From the NCBI GenBank assembly GCA_013265495.1, contig MU058257.1, forward strand, positions 1,319,262-1,383,261: a DNA stretch of 64,000 bases, written 5' to 3'. Positions 10,695 through 21,600 of this stretch are shown here, piece after piece. Source of the DNA: Vicugna vicugna. Lineage: Eukaryota. Position numbers and translations under genes: made by a program. The notes under the pieces were generated by a model. It was not told the origin of the DNA, searched no databases, and worked only from the letters and a program-made list of their open reading frames with translations. Numbering within the stretch: the first letter of the stretch is position 1; the number at the start of each line of letters is the position of its first letter.

Positions 10695-12900
10695 TACTTT
10701 TTTTAAGAGTAGTTTTAAGTTCACAACAAAATTGAGAGGAAGCTATGCCATAGAGCCCCCCCACACACATGCTAGGTACCCCCCAACTGTCAACACCCCC
10801 ACCAGAGCAGGATGTTGCTACAATTCCTGGACCTGCACTGACACCTCATTATCACCAAGAATCCGTAGTTTACAGTGGGGTTCGTTCTCGGTGCTGCACA
10901 TCCTGCGGGTTTAGGCAGGTGGATGATGACGTATGTCCATCATTACAGCATCCTAGGGAGCGGTTTCATTGCCCTGAGAGGCCTCTGGGCTCCGCCTCTT
11001 CATCCCTTCCTCCACTCCCCACTCTGGAAACCCCTGATCTTTTTATGTCTCCACCGTCTTGCCTTTCCCGGAATCTCCTAGAGTTGGACTCATACAGGAC
11101 GTAGCCCGTCCAGATTGTGCCCTTTCACTCAGTAACATACTCTGCCTGTAGGTTTCCCCTACGTCTTTTCATGACTTCATAGCTCATTTCTTTATAGTCC
11201 TGAATAATATTCCATTGTCTGGATGTATCAGTTTATTTATCCGTTCACCTACTAAAGGACACCTTGGTTGCTTCCAAGTTTTGGCCATTACGAATAAAGC
11301 TGCTACAAACATTTGTGTGCAGCTTTTTGTGTGGACAGAAATTTTTTATTCTTTTAGGTAAATACCAAGGAGCATGACTGCTAGATTTTATGGTAAGAGT
11401 ATGTTTTGTTTTGCAAAATAACCACCTACAGAATGGGAGAAAATATTTGCAAGTGATGTGACTAAGGTTTAATTTCCAGAATATACAAACAGCTCATGTA
11501 ACTTAGTAAGAAACAAATAAACAAACAACTCAATCCAACTAAACAAGCAATTCTCCAATGAAGACATACAAATGGCCAATAGGCACATGAAAAAAATGCT
11601 CAATATCGCTAATTATCAGAGAAATGCAGATCAAAACTATAATGAGGTATCACCTCACACCAGTCAGAATGGGCATTATTCGAAAGTCCACGAATGATAA
11701 AAGTTGGACAGGCTGTGGAGGAAAGAGCCCTCCTACACTGCTGGTGGGAATGGAGTTCGGTGCAGCTGTTATGGAAAATGGTATGGAGATTCCTCAAAAA
11801 ACAAAAATAGAGTTACCCTATGACCCAGCAAGCCCACTCCTAGGCATATATCTGGATTGAACTCTAATTCAAAAAGACACCTGCACCTCAGTGTTCACAG
11901 CAGCATTATTTACAATAGCCAAGACATGCAGACAGCCTAAATGTCAATCAACAGGTGACTGAATAAAGAAGCTGTGGTATCTTTATACAATGGAATACTA
12001 TTCAGCCATAAAAAAAATAAAATAATGCCATTTGCAGCAACATGGATGGACCTGGAGACTGTCATTCTAAGTGAAGTGAGCCAGAAAGAGAAAGAAAAAT
12101 ACCGTATGATATCATTTATATGTGGAATGTAAAAAGAAATAAAAAGAAAAAGAAAAAAAGGACACTATGAACTCATTCACAAAACAGAAACAGACTTGCA
12201 GACTTAGTAAACAATGTTATGGTTACCGGGAAAAAAGGGGTGGGAAGCAATAAATTTGGCAGTTTGAGATTTGCAAAGGTTAACCACTATATATAAAAAT
12301 AGATAGAAAAAAATTCTTCTGTACAGCACAGGGAACTATATTCAATCTCTTGTAATAGCCTGTAATGAAAAGAATATGAAACCGAATATATGCATGTATA
12401 TGTATGACTGGGACATGATGCTGTACACCAGAAACTGACACATTATAACTGACTACACTTCAACTAGAAAAATAAAATAAAATTCACTCCAGTTAAATGT
12501 TTTGTTTTGGAAGAAATCACTAAACTGCCTCCCAAAGTACCAGTACCATTTTGCCTCCCACCAGCCATGAATGAGTTCCCATTGCTCCACATCTTCACCA
12601 GCATTTGGTGGTGTCGGTGTCTTAGACTTTAGCAATTTTAATAGGTATGTAAGTGGTATCTCATCATTCTCTCAGTGTGCACTTCCCTAATGACATACGA
12701 CGTGGTGCATCTTTTCACAGGCCAGTCTAACATCTGCATCATTTTGATGAGGTGCCTGCTATAGTTTTTGGCTCTTTTTTTGTCTAAATTAGGCTGTTGG
12801 TTTTCTTATTGTTAAGTTTTAAAAGTTCTTTGTATACTTTGGGTGACAGTCCTTTACCAGATATCATTTGGCCAATACTTTCTCCCTCTCTATGGCTTTT
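10695..12900 (-). mobile_element. Old L1M 3' region (antisense), split by a younger L1
   Basis: Antisense L1 3'UTR/ORF2 motifs at 10695-11413 continue seamlessly at 12497-12900. Confidence 0.8.
11414..12496 (+). mobile_element. 5'-truncated LINE-1 (ORF2 C-terminus + 3'UTR)
   Basis: ORF 11624-11860 ([16 protein letters not shown]...) is an L1 ORF2 remnant. 13-bp TSD ATGTTTTGTTTTG at 11401-11413 and 12497-12509. Confidence 0.9.
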
Positions 12901-13987
12901 TACTACAAATTTCCACAAGATCGAACCTACATAGCTTACCAATTCTAGTTTTTCTCTCAGCTCTCCACCCTCCAGGGCTCCCCCGCATGCCCCAGGCTGC
13001 AAGGTGATCTTCTCTGCACAGAAGCCCCGGCACCTCTCCTCATCCTCGCCCTGGCACTTGTGAGCGTGTACATTCTGTAGCTTTCTTAAAGGGGATGTGT
13101 TAGAAGCAGAAAATGTATCTTTGCGTTCTTAAGATATATTTACTCCACCACCACTGCTCACTGATGGTGTAGCGAGGTATGGACGGCAGTATCTGAAGGT
13201 AGGGCCCCACTGACTTCAAGCTTCCAAAGCTGCTGCTGAGTTAACATGTAACATTCAGATTCCCAGTGCTCTACTGTACACTTTTTAAAGGTATCATCTC
13301 TTTAGTTCTGGTATTCTGAAGCCTCACGCCAAGTCCCTTTTTAAAACTGATTTTTCTGGGCACTAAGGTGATTCTTCAGTCTAGAACATTAAGTGTCCAG
13401 TTCTGGGGAAATTTCTTATGCTGTTTCTCGAAGAACCTCCCCATCATTATCTCTCTGTCTGGAAAGCATGTATGTTAACTGCTGGACCTCCCTCCCTCAA
13501 AGTGAACTTCCTCTTCCCCACTAAGTTGCTCTGTGTCTTATGTCTCATGTTTCATTACTTTTAGGGAAATTTCCTCAACCTTACCCACCAGGGTTCCTAT
13601 TGTCTTTCTTAACACTGCTGTTGTATTTATTATTTTCCAAGAGTTCTTTCACATTTTCTTAATAACCCTCCCCAGTAGCCTCCTCGTTGTGTTTTGATGG
13701 CTGTGGTATCTTTTCTCATTTCATGGCGGGTATTACAGCTTTTAAACATTTTCTCTTCTCTTCCCTGTAATTTTTGTTTCTTCCAAGTCCTTCTCTTAAG
13801 TTTGTTGTTATTGTTTGGGTCTGTCTTCCATAATTAAGGCTTTCCTCGGTGTTTGATACGCTTGCCTGTGCCTTCTACTTAAGAACAATGCACTAAAAAG
13901 CAGATTCGTCCTTGTGTGCCTGGATGGGGCTTGTGAAATGGTACATGTCACTCCAGGAGGGCTGGGCAGGGAGCCCCTTTCTTGCCT

Positions 13988-14023
13988 GGGGAGTCCTACG
14001 TGTCAGGGGAGTCCTGCGTGTCA
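13988..14023. repeat. 18-bp tandem duplication
   Basis: GGGGAGTCCT(A/G)CGTGTCA x2. Confidence 0.85.
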
Positions 14024-14419
14024 GGAGATGAGGGGTCCTTCCCTGAGGCCATTGGTTCCTTTAGAGGGGAAGCTGCCAGTATGTGGTCCGGAGGGCACCA
14101 ACTTGGTTCCTGACGTCCTGGGGGCTGTTCTGTCATCATGTATGGTTATAAGAAGACATCCTCATTTTCATCAAAGATAGAGATAATATTTCTGTTATTC
14201 TTTTTGCTGATTTGAAGTGATTTTCAAGATGAAAAGGGGAAGAAATATCTTTATTCTCTACGGTAAGTTTGGACTTTCTAGTTTGTATTATTTTTAATTC
14301 TTAATTATTTTCAAGTCGATCAAATGTCTTTTCAAGAATAAAACAGGTATACGGATACTAACATTATTTTTTCCAGAGTATGAAAGGCATGGGTATAAAT
14401 GTTCTAAAATGATAACATA

Positions 14420-14482
14420 GTTTTTTTTTTTTCTTAAGTATAGTCAGTTTACAATGTGTCCATTTCTGGTGTGCAGCATCAC
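14420..14482 (-). mobile_element. Very short L1 3' terminus
   Basis: Poly-T followed by aagtatagtcagttttacaatgtgtccatttctggtgtgcagcat, the reverse complement of the L1 3' end seen elsewhere in the window. Confidence 0.7.
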
Positions 14483-14652
14483 GGCTGTTGTCTTTAGTAA
14501 CTGGGTAACACCTGCCACTCCTTGAGACACTTCAGAATTACTTACGTTTTAAGATTATATTTATACATATATACACACACACACCTTTTACAGAATATTT
14601 TTCTGTTATATTTTATATTTTTATATATATTAATAATAATATATATACACAC

Positions 14653-14692
14653 AAAGATGGAGACTAAATTTCTGAAGCATTGCATTTGTAAT
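14653..14692 (-). pseudogene. Possible small LRR pseudo-exon (ITNAMLQKFSLHL)
   Basis: ctttgtag|...|gtgtgt. The ITxxxL motif is typical of cysteine-containing LRRs, but the segment is short and the call is weak. Confidence 0.3.
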
Positions 14693-15449
14693 CTACAAAG
14701 CTCCAAATATAAGTAAACCCTATTTTAATGTCTTAGCCAAGTCCCCCAGACTTTCTCCCTCCGAACACACCTTCTGACAGTAATCCTCAAAAATCGTTCT
14801 CCTTCCTTTGACATGTGATGAAATGCACAGTTTGGCTTTAGATGTTTATTACACACGTTTACTCCCACTGGTCAATGTAGTGAGTGTGATTTATAATTTT
14901 TAATCCTCTGCTTCAATATTTGCTGGCCTCCGCATTTAATTCTCCTGCCAAACGGTGACCAGCTCCCATCTGGATCTCTTACAATGATTCTACTGGTGCT
15001 CAGGGGAAAGGATGTGTCGTGACTGTTCCCACCATGCGGTCCTGCCCCAGCCACAGAGGCGTGGCTGACAACGCAGCCCCAGGTCCCAGTGTCCCCAGAA
15101 CGCACAAAGCTGATGTCATCTTCCGGGAGACAGCATAGTTGTGTGGCTCGTATGTGAGGACTGATATGAGCAAACAACCTAGTGTAAGATCTCACATGAT
15201 CATCATCTTGGAAGAACCAACTGATACTCTGATTAACTAAAAGTTTATCAAAAACCCTTTTTGTTTGTTTCAATCCTTGTGTCAGAAAATTCTTCCAGAA
15301 AGCACTGAAGTCTCTCCTATCTTGGGAAGAAGCAATGAGGAGAATCATTTAACTTTTAAGAGAAGTTTGAAGATGCTCATGACCTTCAGTTCTTACTACC
15401 TACCGACTATTCTGAGTAGAAAAAAAGGGAAGAAATTGAGACGACTCAC

Positions 15450-15557
15450 ACTCTGTTGACCACAGCTATTACCCCCAAAGTCCTTCGCTTTTCTCGCTGA
15501 TTTTTTTTTTTTTGACAAACTTCCAATAGCAGCCCTGTAGGTATCTGCCTCTTTCCC
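15450..15557 (-). pseudogene. F-box-like exon (GKRQIPTGLLLEVCQKKKNQREKRRTLGVIAVVNRV)
   Basis: Strong acceptor ttgcattttcag| and donor GT|gtgagt. 108 nt, open frame. Resembles the F-box consensus LPxELLLEIFxxL...x.VxRxW. Confidence 0.6.
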
Positions 15558-16566
15558 CTGAAAATGCAATCTGCAAACACTGGGTACCTGTGAATCTGCT
15601 TGGCTGGCTTCTACTTAATCACGACTTTACTGTGTCATTTTGCTTCAGTATGATTTTGAAATTATTCTTGTAGCTGAATAAAAGGAGAAATTCTTTATTT
15701 CTTTTTTGGACACAGTATACATAGAAGAGATTTGTTTCTCTAGTTTGACTTTTTCCTCTCAATTTCTGAGATTTTTAAGTTTCTAAAAAAAATCAATAAT
15801 ATTGAATTGCAGGCACAAATTGTTTAAAATGTGGATAAAAACCTTTTGACTTTTATAAGGTGACTCATATGGTAAAATTTCCGCTTCTCTATGTCTAAAA
15901 TGTTGTCCAAAGATTTTACTTTGACACCTTCCTAATTTAAATAACTTTCTTCTGGGAAGAAAAAAAAATCCTAATTTAACATGATTACAGATTTTAATAA
16001 GGATTTGTTTTTCTGTAATAAACAGAATTTTTGATTTTTCAATTAACATCAAAGAGCTGGGAAATCAGTAGAGTGACTACCCAGCCAAGGCGCTACTGAG
16101 TCACGAGGAGAAGGGGCCAAGGGCATGGGAATTCGGGTAAAAACTGCAAAACCAGCCTTGATGGCTGGAGGCTCCCCAAGGCGGGGGTGGTGGCAGCTGT
16201 ATATCTGCCATACCTGAGGACAGAGGAGACAGAAATGGAGCAAAGCATCTGTGAAGACTCAGTATGATCCTTTCCAGGCAGACTGGAACACCGCCTTCCC
16301 TGTGTCTTTACGTTCAACTGATGTCCAAGCACCAGTGTGCAGGGAAGCTAAGCCAAGACCAAACAGAACTAATTATGTGTGTGCCCTGGCAGCTGAACCC
16401 AGAATGAACACAGACACAGACACGGGCACAGATCCGGATGAAAACACCAGCAATCTTCTAACAGGCATTTATACCCAAAAAACAATCTGGGATATTTTCT
16501 TGACTTGAAAAAGGATTTAGAAAATATATACTGAAATATTACCCGTATTTGCCACAAGCCAATTAC

Positions 16567-16852
16567 CTGACGTGAAGCTACATTGAGACTACGTCACAGA
16601 TCTCCACCGTATCCTTCTGTTTTGTCTTTTCTCACATTGCAATGTCTCTACAGGCTGGCATGATATTGTTTCATTTTGATACCGTAACAGCGTCTCCATG
16701 GAGTTGGGCTGACATTCTGTTTTGACATTATGCTACAATAGACATCCACTGACATTTCATTTTGTCACTGCAACATTGTTTCTATAGGTTTCTGCTACAC
16801 TATTTTGTTTTGACATCAAAATGTCATCTCCGTGGTCTTGGTGCGACATTAT
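16567..16852 (-). pseudogene. Pseudo-exon made of degenerate ~45-48 bp (15-16 codon) tandem repeats
   Basis: Acceptor ttctctag| (weak) and donor CAG|gtaatt. Repeated peptide units: HGDDILMSKQNSVAET, YRNNVAVTK*NVS, HGDAVTVSK*NNIMPA, CRDIAM..TKQKDTVEI. The end phase (2) fits the next exon. Confidence 0.5.
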
Positions 16853-18166
16853 CTAGAGAACTTTATGAGGACGTATGGAGTCCATGGAATAACAGAGAGG
16901 TAAGATGCAGAACTTTTAATAAACTTGAGGGTGTTTTTGATAAACATAAATTTATGTGATACTTAACTGTAAATTTTGCAAAATTGTTTCCATCAAGTCA
17001 CTAGGGTTTATTACAACATGGATTCCATTAAGGAGTTGATTCTCCAACTTTCCCATAACAATGTCAAAAACTTTGGAAAAGTAATCCACGACCCTTCAGT
17101 TGCCAGAATCAAGTTTTTTTCTTCTTTTAATCAATAAGGTCTGTTTCTTGTGTGTTGCAAACTGAACTAAAATGTAAGGAGTATATATGAAGTACACAAT
17201 TACAACTGCATTTCACAGAACTTGAGAAACCATTATATCTTGACACATTTTACGTAACTCTGAGAGAGAAAGAAAATGCTGCCAATTAAACTGACACTGA
17301 TGGTAAGAAATACCTTGATAGCAGAGATTTCAAGTTGTGAAAAGTGTCAATCTTATAACTAATGAAAAACACAGTAGTATGGAATTTCACAGAATCAATA
17401 TTACCAAAAATGGCAATTAAAAAAAACCCTGATGATAGTTTGAGCATTTTTTCTTAAAAGTCACGGGATAAAAACATAAATCTTAAGCTAATTTTGCAGT
17501 TTTAGGTACTCGTTGTTGGGGAATTTCCTGAAACAGGATTATCCGTTTCCTGGTAGGCTCCCTTTTCTTTTGGATTTACAAAACCTGTGAACATTTTACT
17601 GTTCACAATAAGAACAAGGATATTGACCCAGAAATCTAAATACTTCAAGGCTATATTAGCTTAAATTCCCGGGAAAGTATCTTTACAATATAATGTTATA
17701 CCTGAAACATTGGTCAAGAATCAATGTGAAAAATGATTCATAATGTGAAGATTTCAGTGTTTTTTGCAACCCTATATTTACAAACATGATCCAACTTTTA
17801 TACATTTTTTATTTTTAGAAAATGTACATGTAACGTGTATCCCAGAAACGGTGTTTCTCAGATGATGTCATATATTTCTATTTATCGCACAATCGATCAT
17901 AATAAAACATTCATGAATCTTATCCAGCCCTACATTTGAAAATGGTCCTTTTGTTATGCAGATTCCCTTTTTACAAGAGTGTATGCTAAAACTGACTCCT
18001 GGAATTTAGTGCTAATGAGAGCACTTCTCCAAATAAACTCACACATTTCCTTTTGTCACAAAAGAGGGATTTTATGTTGTCCTTTTTTGCCTTGGCTACC
18101 AGGAAACTCAGAAAAACTTAATATCTAATTATACTGAGTTACTCAATTTTCTAATGTATCTTTTAC

Positions 18167-18252
18167 CTTGTGGTGTCCTTTTAAACTTCATTTTAATAAC
18201 TATTTTAAAAAACTGCTTCCAACAACTTTTGGAAATTAGGTGGTCAACACTC
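18167..18252 (-). pseudogene. Pseudo-exon containing a candidate start codon (MKFKRTPQ)
   Basis: Acceptor tttattcttgtag| and donor AAG|gtaaaa. ATG at 18191-18189 with A at -3. Frame is open to a phase-1 end. Confidence 0.55.
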
Positions 18253-18453
18253 CTACAAGAATAAATATTATTTCACTAACCACGGTTCCTAGAGGTCACA
18301 ATGACCAGTCTACTGAGTATGGAATAGAAAGCCGAGAATTTCTTTTCCTATCTTGAGTAGTTATTTCTTCTGACTCTTCTAACAGAAATAACATTTGGCT
18401 TATGTTCGTGAATAATGTGAGATGGTGTCTAAGAAATCGTCTAACCCAGGCAC

Positions 18454-18949
18454 TGTCACAAGGGAGAACAAACCTGACCTCATACTGGGTTTGTTCCTTT
18501 GGCTCTAACCCTGGGCTCTGTTTCCTGGGCTCCGTCATGCTGTTTCTGCACCTTTTGTAAAAGAATGTTGCCTAGAGCCTGAAATAGACAGGAGAGCCCA
18601 GTCTCAAGGCTCTGGCCTGTAAGGGGATAACACCTTCCCATTCATGTAGAGGTGGAAAGTTGCACAACAGAGAATAACATTTGTCTTGCTGGATGTTTAC
18701 AGGGACACCATGACCTGCCCCATGCGGGCAGCTGCAAGAACAAAGGATTCTGACACCAAGAAGTTGGCAACAACCAACCACACCCCTCCCCTTTTTAGTA
18801 TAAAATGAGCCTGAATTCCGACTCAGGTAAGATGGTTCTTTAGGGTATTAGTCCCCCATCTTCTTGTTTCTGAATAAAGCCATCATTCCTTGCCCCAGCA
18901 CCTCATCTCCCCATTTACTAGCGAGCAGAATGAGTTCAGACCAGTACCA
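18454..18949 (+). mobile_element. ERV1-like solo LTR
   Basis: TG...CA ends, TATAAAA at 18799-18805, AATAAA at 18873-18878 and a near-perfect 4-bp TSD GCAC/GTAC. Confidence 0.75.
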
Positions 18950-18989
18950 GTACTTCCTAAACACTGAAGACAACGACTTCTAGAGAGAG

Positions 18990-19400
18990 GCACAGGGCAG
19001 GTCGTCACACACCCGGGCCTGCAGCCCAGGAGAGAAGGGAGACGGGGGAGAGGCCCGCAGTCGTCGACGCACGCACAGGCGTAACGTGAACCCCGGCAGC
19101 GGGGCAGACCCGAGAGCGCGCGGGGGCGGAAGAGGGCTGAGTGTATGAGGCAAACCCAGCCACACTGTTAGGGAAGGGCTGGGGCTGGGTAGCAGCGATA
19201 GAGAAGCGAAAAGAACTGGGCTGTGCTTATGAAGTGGGGGCCCCCGGGGTACAAAGACGTGCTCCCTGTGGGAGCAGCAGCTCGGGCAACCCGCCAGGTG
19301 CGGCCCCAGCCCCAGCCCCGCTGCCCCTCCAGGTGCGCCCCGGGCTCCTGGCAGGTGGCATCTGCTGAGCTCGGGACAAAGGCGAGGGTCCTCAGGGCTG
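18990..19400 (-). promoter_or_regulatory. Small CpG-rich island; probable promoter and non-coding first exon of the F-box/LRR pseudogene
   Basis: Local CpG/GC peak within AT-rich flanks. Contains a GC box (GGGGGCGG), an ETS core (GCGGAAG) and TCACGTTA (19082-19089, minus). Candidate donor CGG|gtgtgt at 19013/19012. Confidence 0.5.
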
Positions 19401-20194
19401 TCCCTCTGGCATCTTTCATGAGAGCTAAGCTTTCACTAACTGAAAGAAACCTTAAAGTAAATTAAATGTTTGTTCGCTTGAACTGAGCATGACAGCTATG
19501 ATGTGCTTGTGCTATGACCATGCTTTCTAAGTCTCTAAAATTAACCTTCTCATTTTCTTGATGTTAGATTAATACCTGTTATCAAATATGTTCCTTGTTT
19601 CACCTCTTCTCATAGCAGGGACAGAAGGAAGAGCACACCATGAGCCCTGCCCTGACCAGGGTGGCTGTGCTCTGAGTGTCTCTGCAGAGGGGTTACTTCC
19701 TTTGTGTAACTTCTAAGTCCCAATGGATATTATTACGGAACAGATGGGTTTTTCTTAAGTTGATAAAACATCTCAAATTAGTTTAAGCACTTTCCTAAAA
19801 AGCATCTCCCCAAAACTTAATAAATTACTTAAAACTTAAGTAAAACTTAAGCTTTACTTTTTGTCCTTGTAATTTAGAACCTTGTAACTAAGATCTCTGC
19901 AGGATCTTAGAAGTAATTAAAGTACTAAGTTAAAAGAGTTCACCAATGATGTAACACTAGTGAATGACAGAAAAGAGCAAAAAGGACAATGAGCTTTTCA
20001 ATGTTTAGGGGAAAAGGGGATTTATCAGTAAATTTAAAGTAACAATACAGCTGGAGACTATGCTTGGCAGATCAAGACGTTTGGCATTACAGAGAAGAGA
20101 GATGTTTTATTTGATAACATTTTAAGTAAAATTCTCATCCCCCAAACGTAAGGGTATATATATGCAGCCAACTTTCCAATTAAAGCTTAAGTTC

Positions 20195-20328
20195 AGGGGA
20201 GGGGAGAGCTCGGGGCTGAGCGCATGCTTAGCAGGCAGGAGGTCCTGGGTTCAAGCCCCAGTGCTTCCATTTAAATAAATAAATACACAAACAAACCTAG
20301 TTATCCCCCCAAAACAAACAAAAACAAC
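20195..20328 (+). mobile_element. tRNA-Ala-derived SINE (Vic-1-like)
   Basis: tRNA-like body and A-rich tail. 14-bp TSD TAAAGCTTAAGTTC at 20181-20194 and 20329-20342. Confidence 0.9.
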
Positions 20329-21459
20329 TAAAGCTTAAGTTCGACGTGCACATTGCTGTCCCTTCTGTGTGCACAGAGGGGAGGGGCTCAGTCTGAGCCC
20401 CACTCACAGCCAATCCGTGAACAACCTCCAATCTAAGACACGTTCTTCACACCTTGCCAAGTCATAACTGATGGTATAAAGGGCTGAAAAGCTTACATTT
20501 TTTAAAAGGCAGGCATTCTCCACATTTCACCACATGTTCCTAGAAACCACATCGTAAAGTGAATCATTTTTTCCCATAGGAGCAATGCCATAATTGGAGG
20601 TTATGTTTCTGACCAAGGAGTTGGGGCCAGATAACACCATGATACAGCAACAATGGATCACATAAGCGAAGATATAATAATTCTGTGTCTTTACAGTAAT
20701 AGTAAAAGTAGACTGCAATGACTATAAAATGAGTTTAAATACAGTCTATGTATTACTTATCCAAGGGAACACAAACTTCTATAGACTAAGAAATTTTTAG
20801 AAATTTGACAAGAAATGAACATGCCAACTAAATATCATAATACTTTCACTTATTTTTAAACCTAAAATGGTTTTACAGAGGAAGAGGAAGAAGGACGTCT
20901 TCCAGTTAAACCCTGTAAATTTTACCCTGTACACCCAACATGCTTTTTATGTGATTTTTCACAGAATCTTTCCATTACTTTGAAAAAATTTCCCTGCAGC
21001 TAACAGAGACTTTCAAAAAAAAAAAAAAAAAGTCATGCCGTCAGCTTCAGAACTACTCCAAAGTGCTAGAGCCAGGACATCACAGATTGCCCAGTTAAGT
21101 GTTTGGGTGTGCACTGATCTCCATCATGACATGCAACATTTTATTCAAATGCAATTGACAAAACAAACCTGGCTTTAGAAAAAGGAATATTCAATCGTTT
21201 CCCAGATAATTGATGGAACTGGCATAGAACCACATCCAGTCTGTCCTTGAACTGTTTGCTTTCCTGTCTTCTAGTTCAGACACCAGCTGGGAAGGTTAGC
21301 AGTAAAGAAAAAGACATTGTGAGGAGTGTTTGTTACACAGCACGCCGTGAACAACTGACAGTCAAATAACTCTTGCTATGGACTGTACTCCAGGATATAT
21401 ATTACCATGATCACAGGACCATTGCTTCTAGAACTAAAGAACAGTCAAATTATAAGGCT

Positions 21460-21600
21460 GCTTTGAGATCACTGGGACCAATTCCTTTGCTGTATCAATG
21501 AGGAAACTGAGGTGCAGAGAGGTACAATGACACACCAAGGTCATCAACAAACTGGGAGACAGAAGACTTAGGACGATACAGATGTGTACGTTCTTAGCCC
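21460..21600 (-). mobile_element. MIR SINE fragment
   Basis: Core atgaggaaactgaggtgcagagagg...ccaaggtca. Confidence 0.7.

Larger units (their letters stand above)
3515..19100 (-). pseudogene. Putative unprocessed (multi-exon) F-box/leucine-rich-repeat (FBXL-like) pseudogene
   Basis: Chain of about 12 minus-strand AG/GT-bounded segments with mostly compatible phases. Translations give an F-box-like motif (QIPTGLLLEVCQK...TLGVIAVVNRV), then LRR-like motifs (KELKLLRVYF, SALKFIAQRT*LCVFNL, NMKVLRL, LSALQKCCPSIKNSVL, IRNIVWNCSSV, VLCASDVIGCQ, KLLGLRNT, VAKLVRGLRLLSLNLSSN, TGLCALLGHF). Multiple in-frame stops and frameshifts. Confidence 0.65.

Noticed and set aside
9600..14402. Further candidate pseudo-exons at about 14362-14402, 10180-10262 and 9640-9675
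   Set aside because: Each has only one good splice site or an ambiguous frame; an orthologue alignment is needed.
14872..15354. 158-aa minus-strand ORF just downstream of the F-box-like exon
   Set aside because: It may contain the post-F-box exon (acceptor cttctcttaaaag near 15355; SAFWKNF), but I could not define a convincing donor or frame, so it is not listed as an exon.
16567..16852. CRISPR-like array interpretation of the periodic repeats
   Set aside because: The context is mammalian and the units are degenerate along their whole length, with no constant repeat / unique spacer structure.
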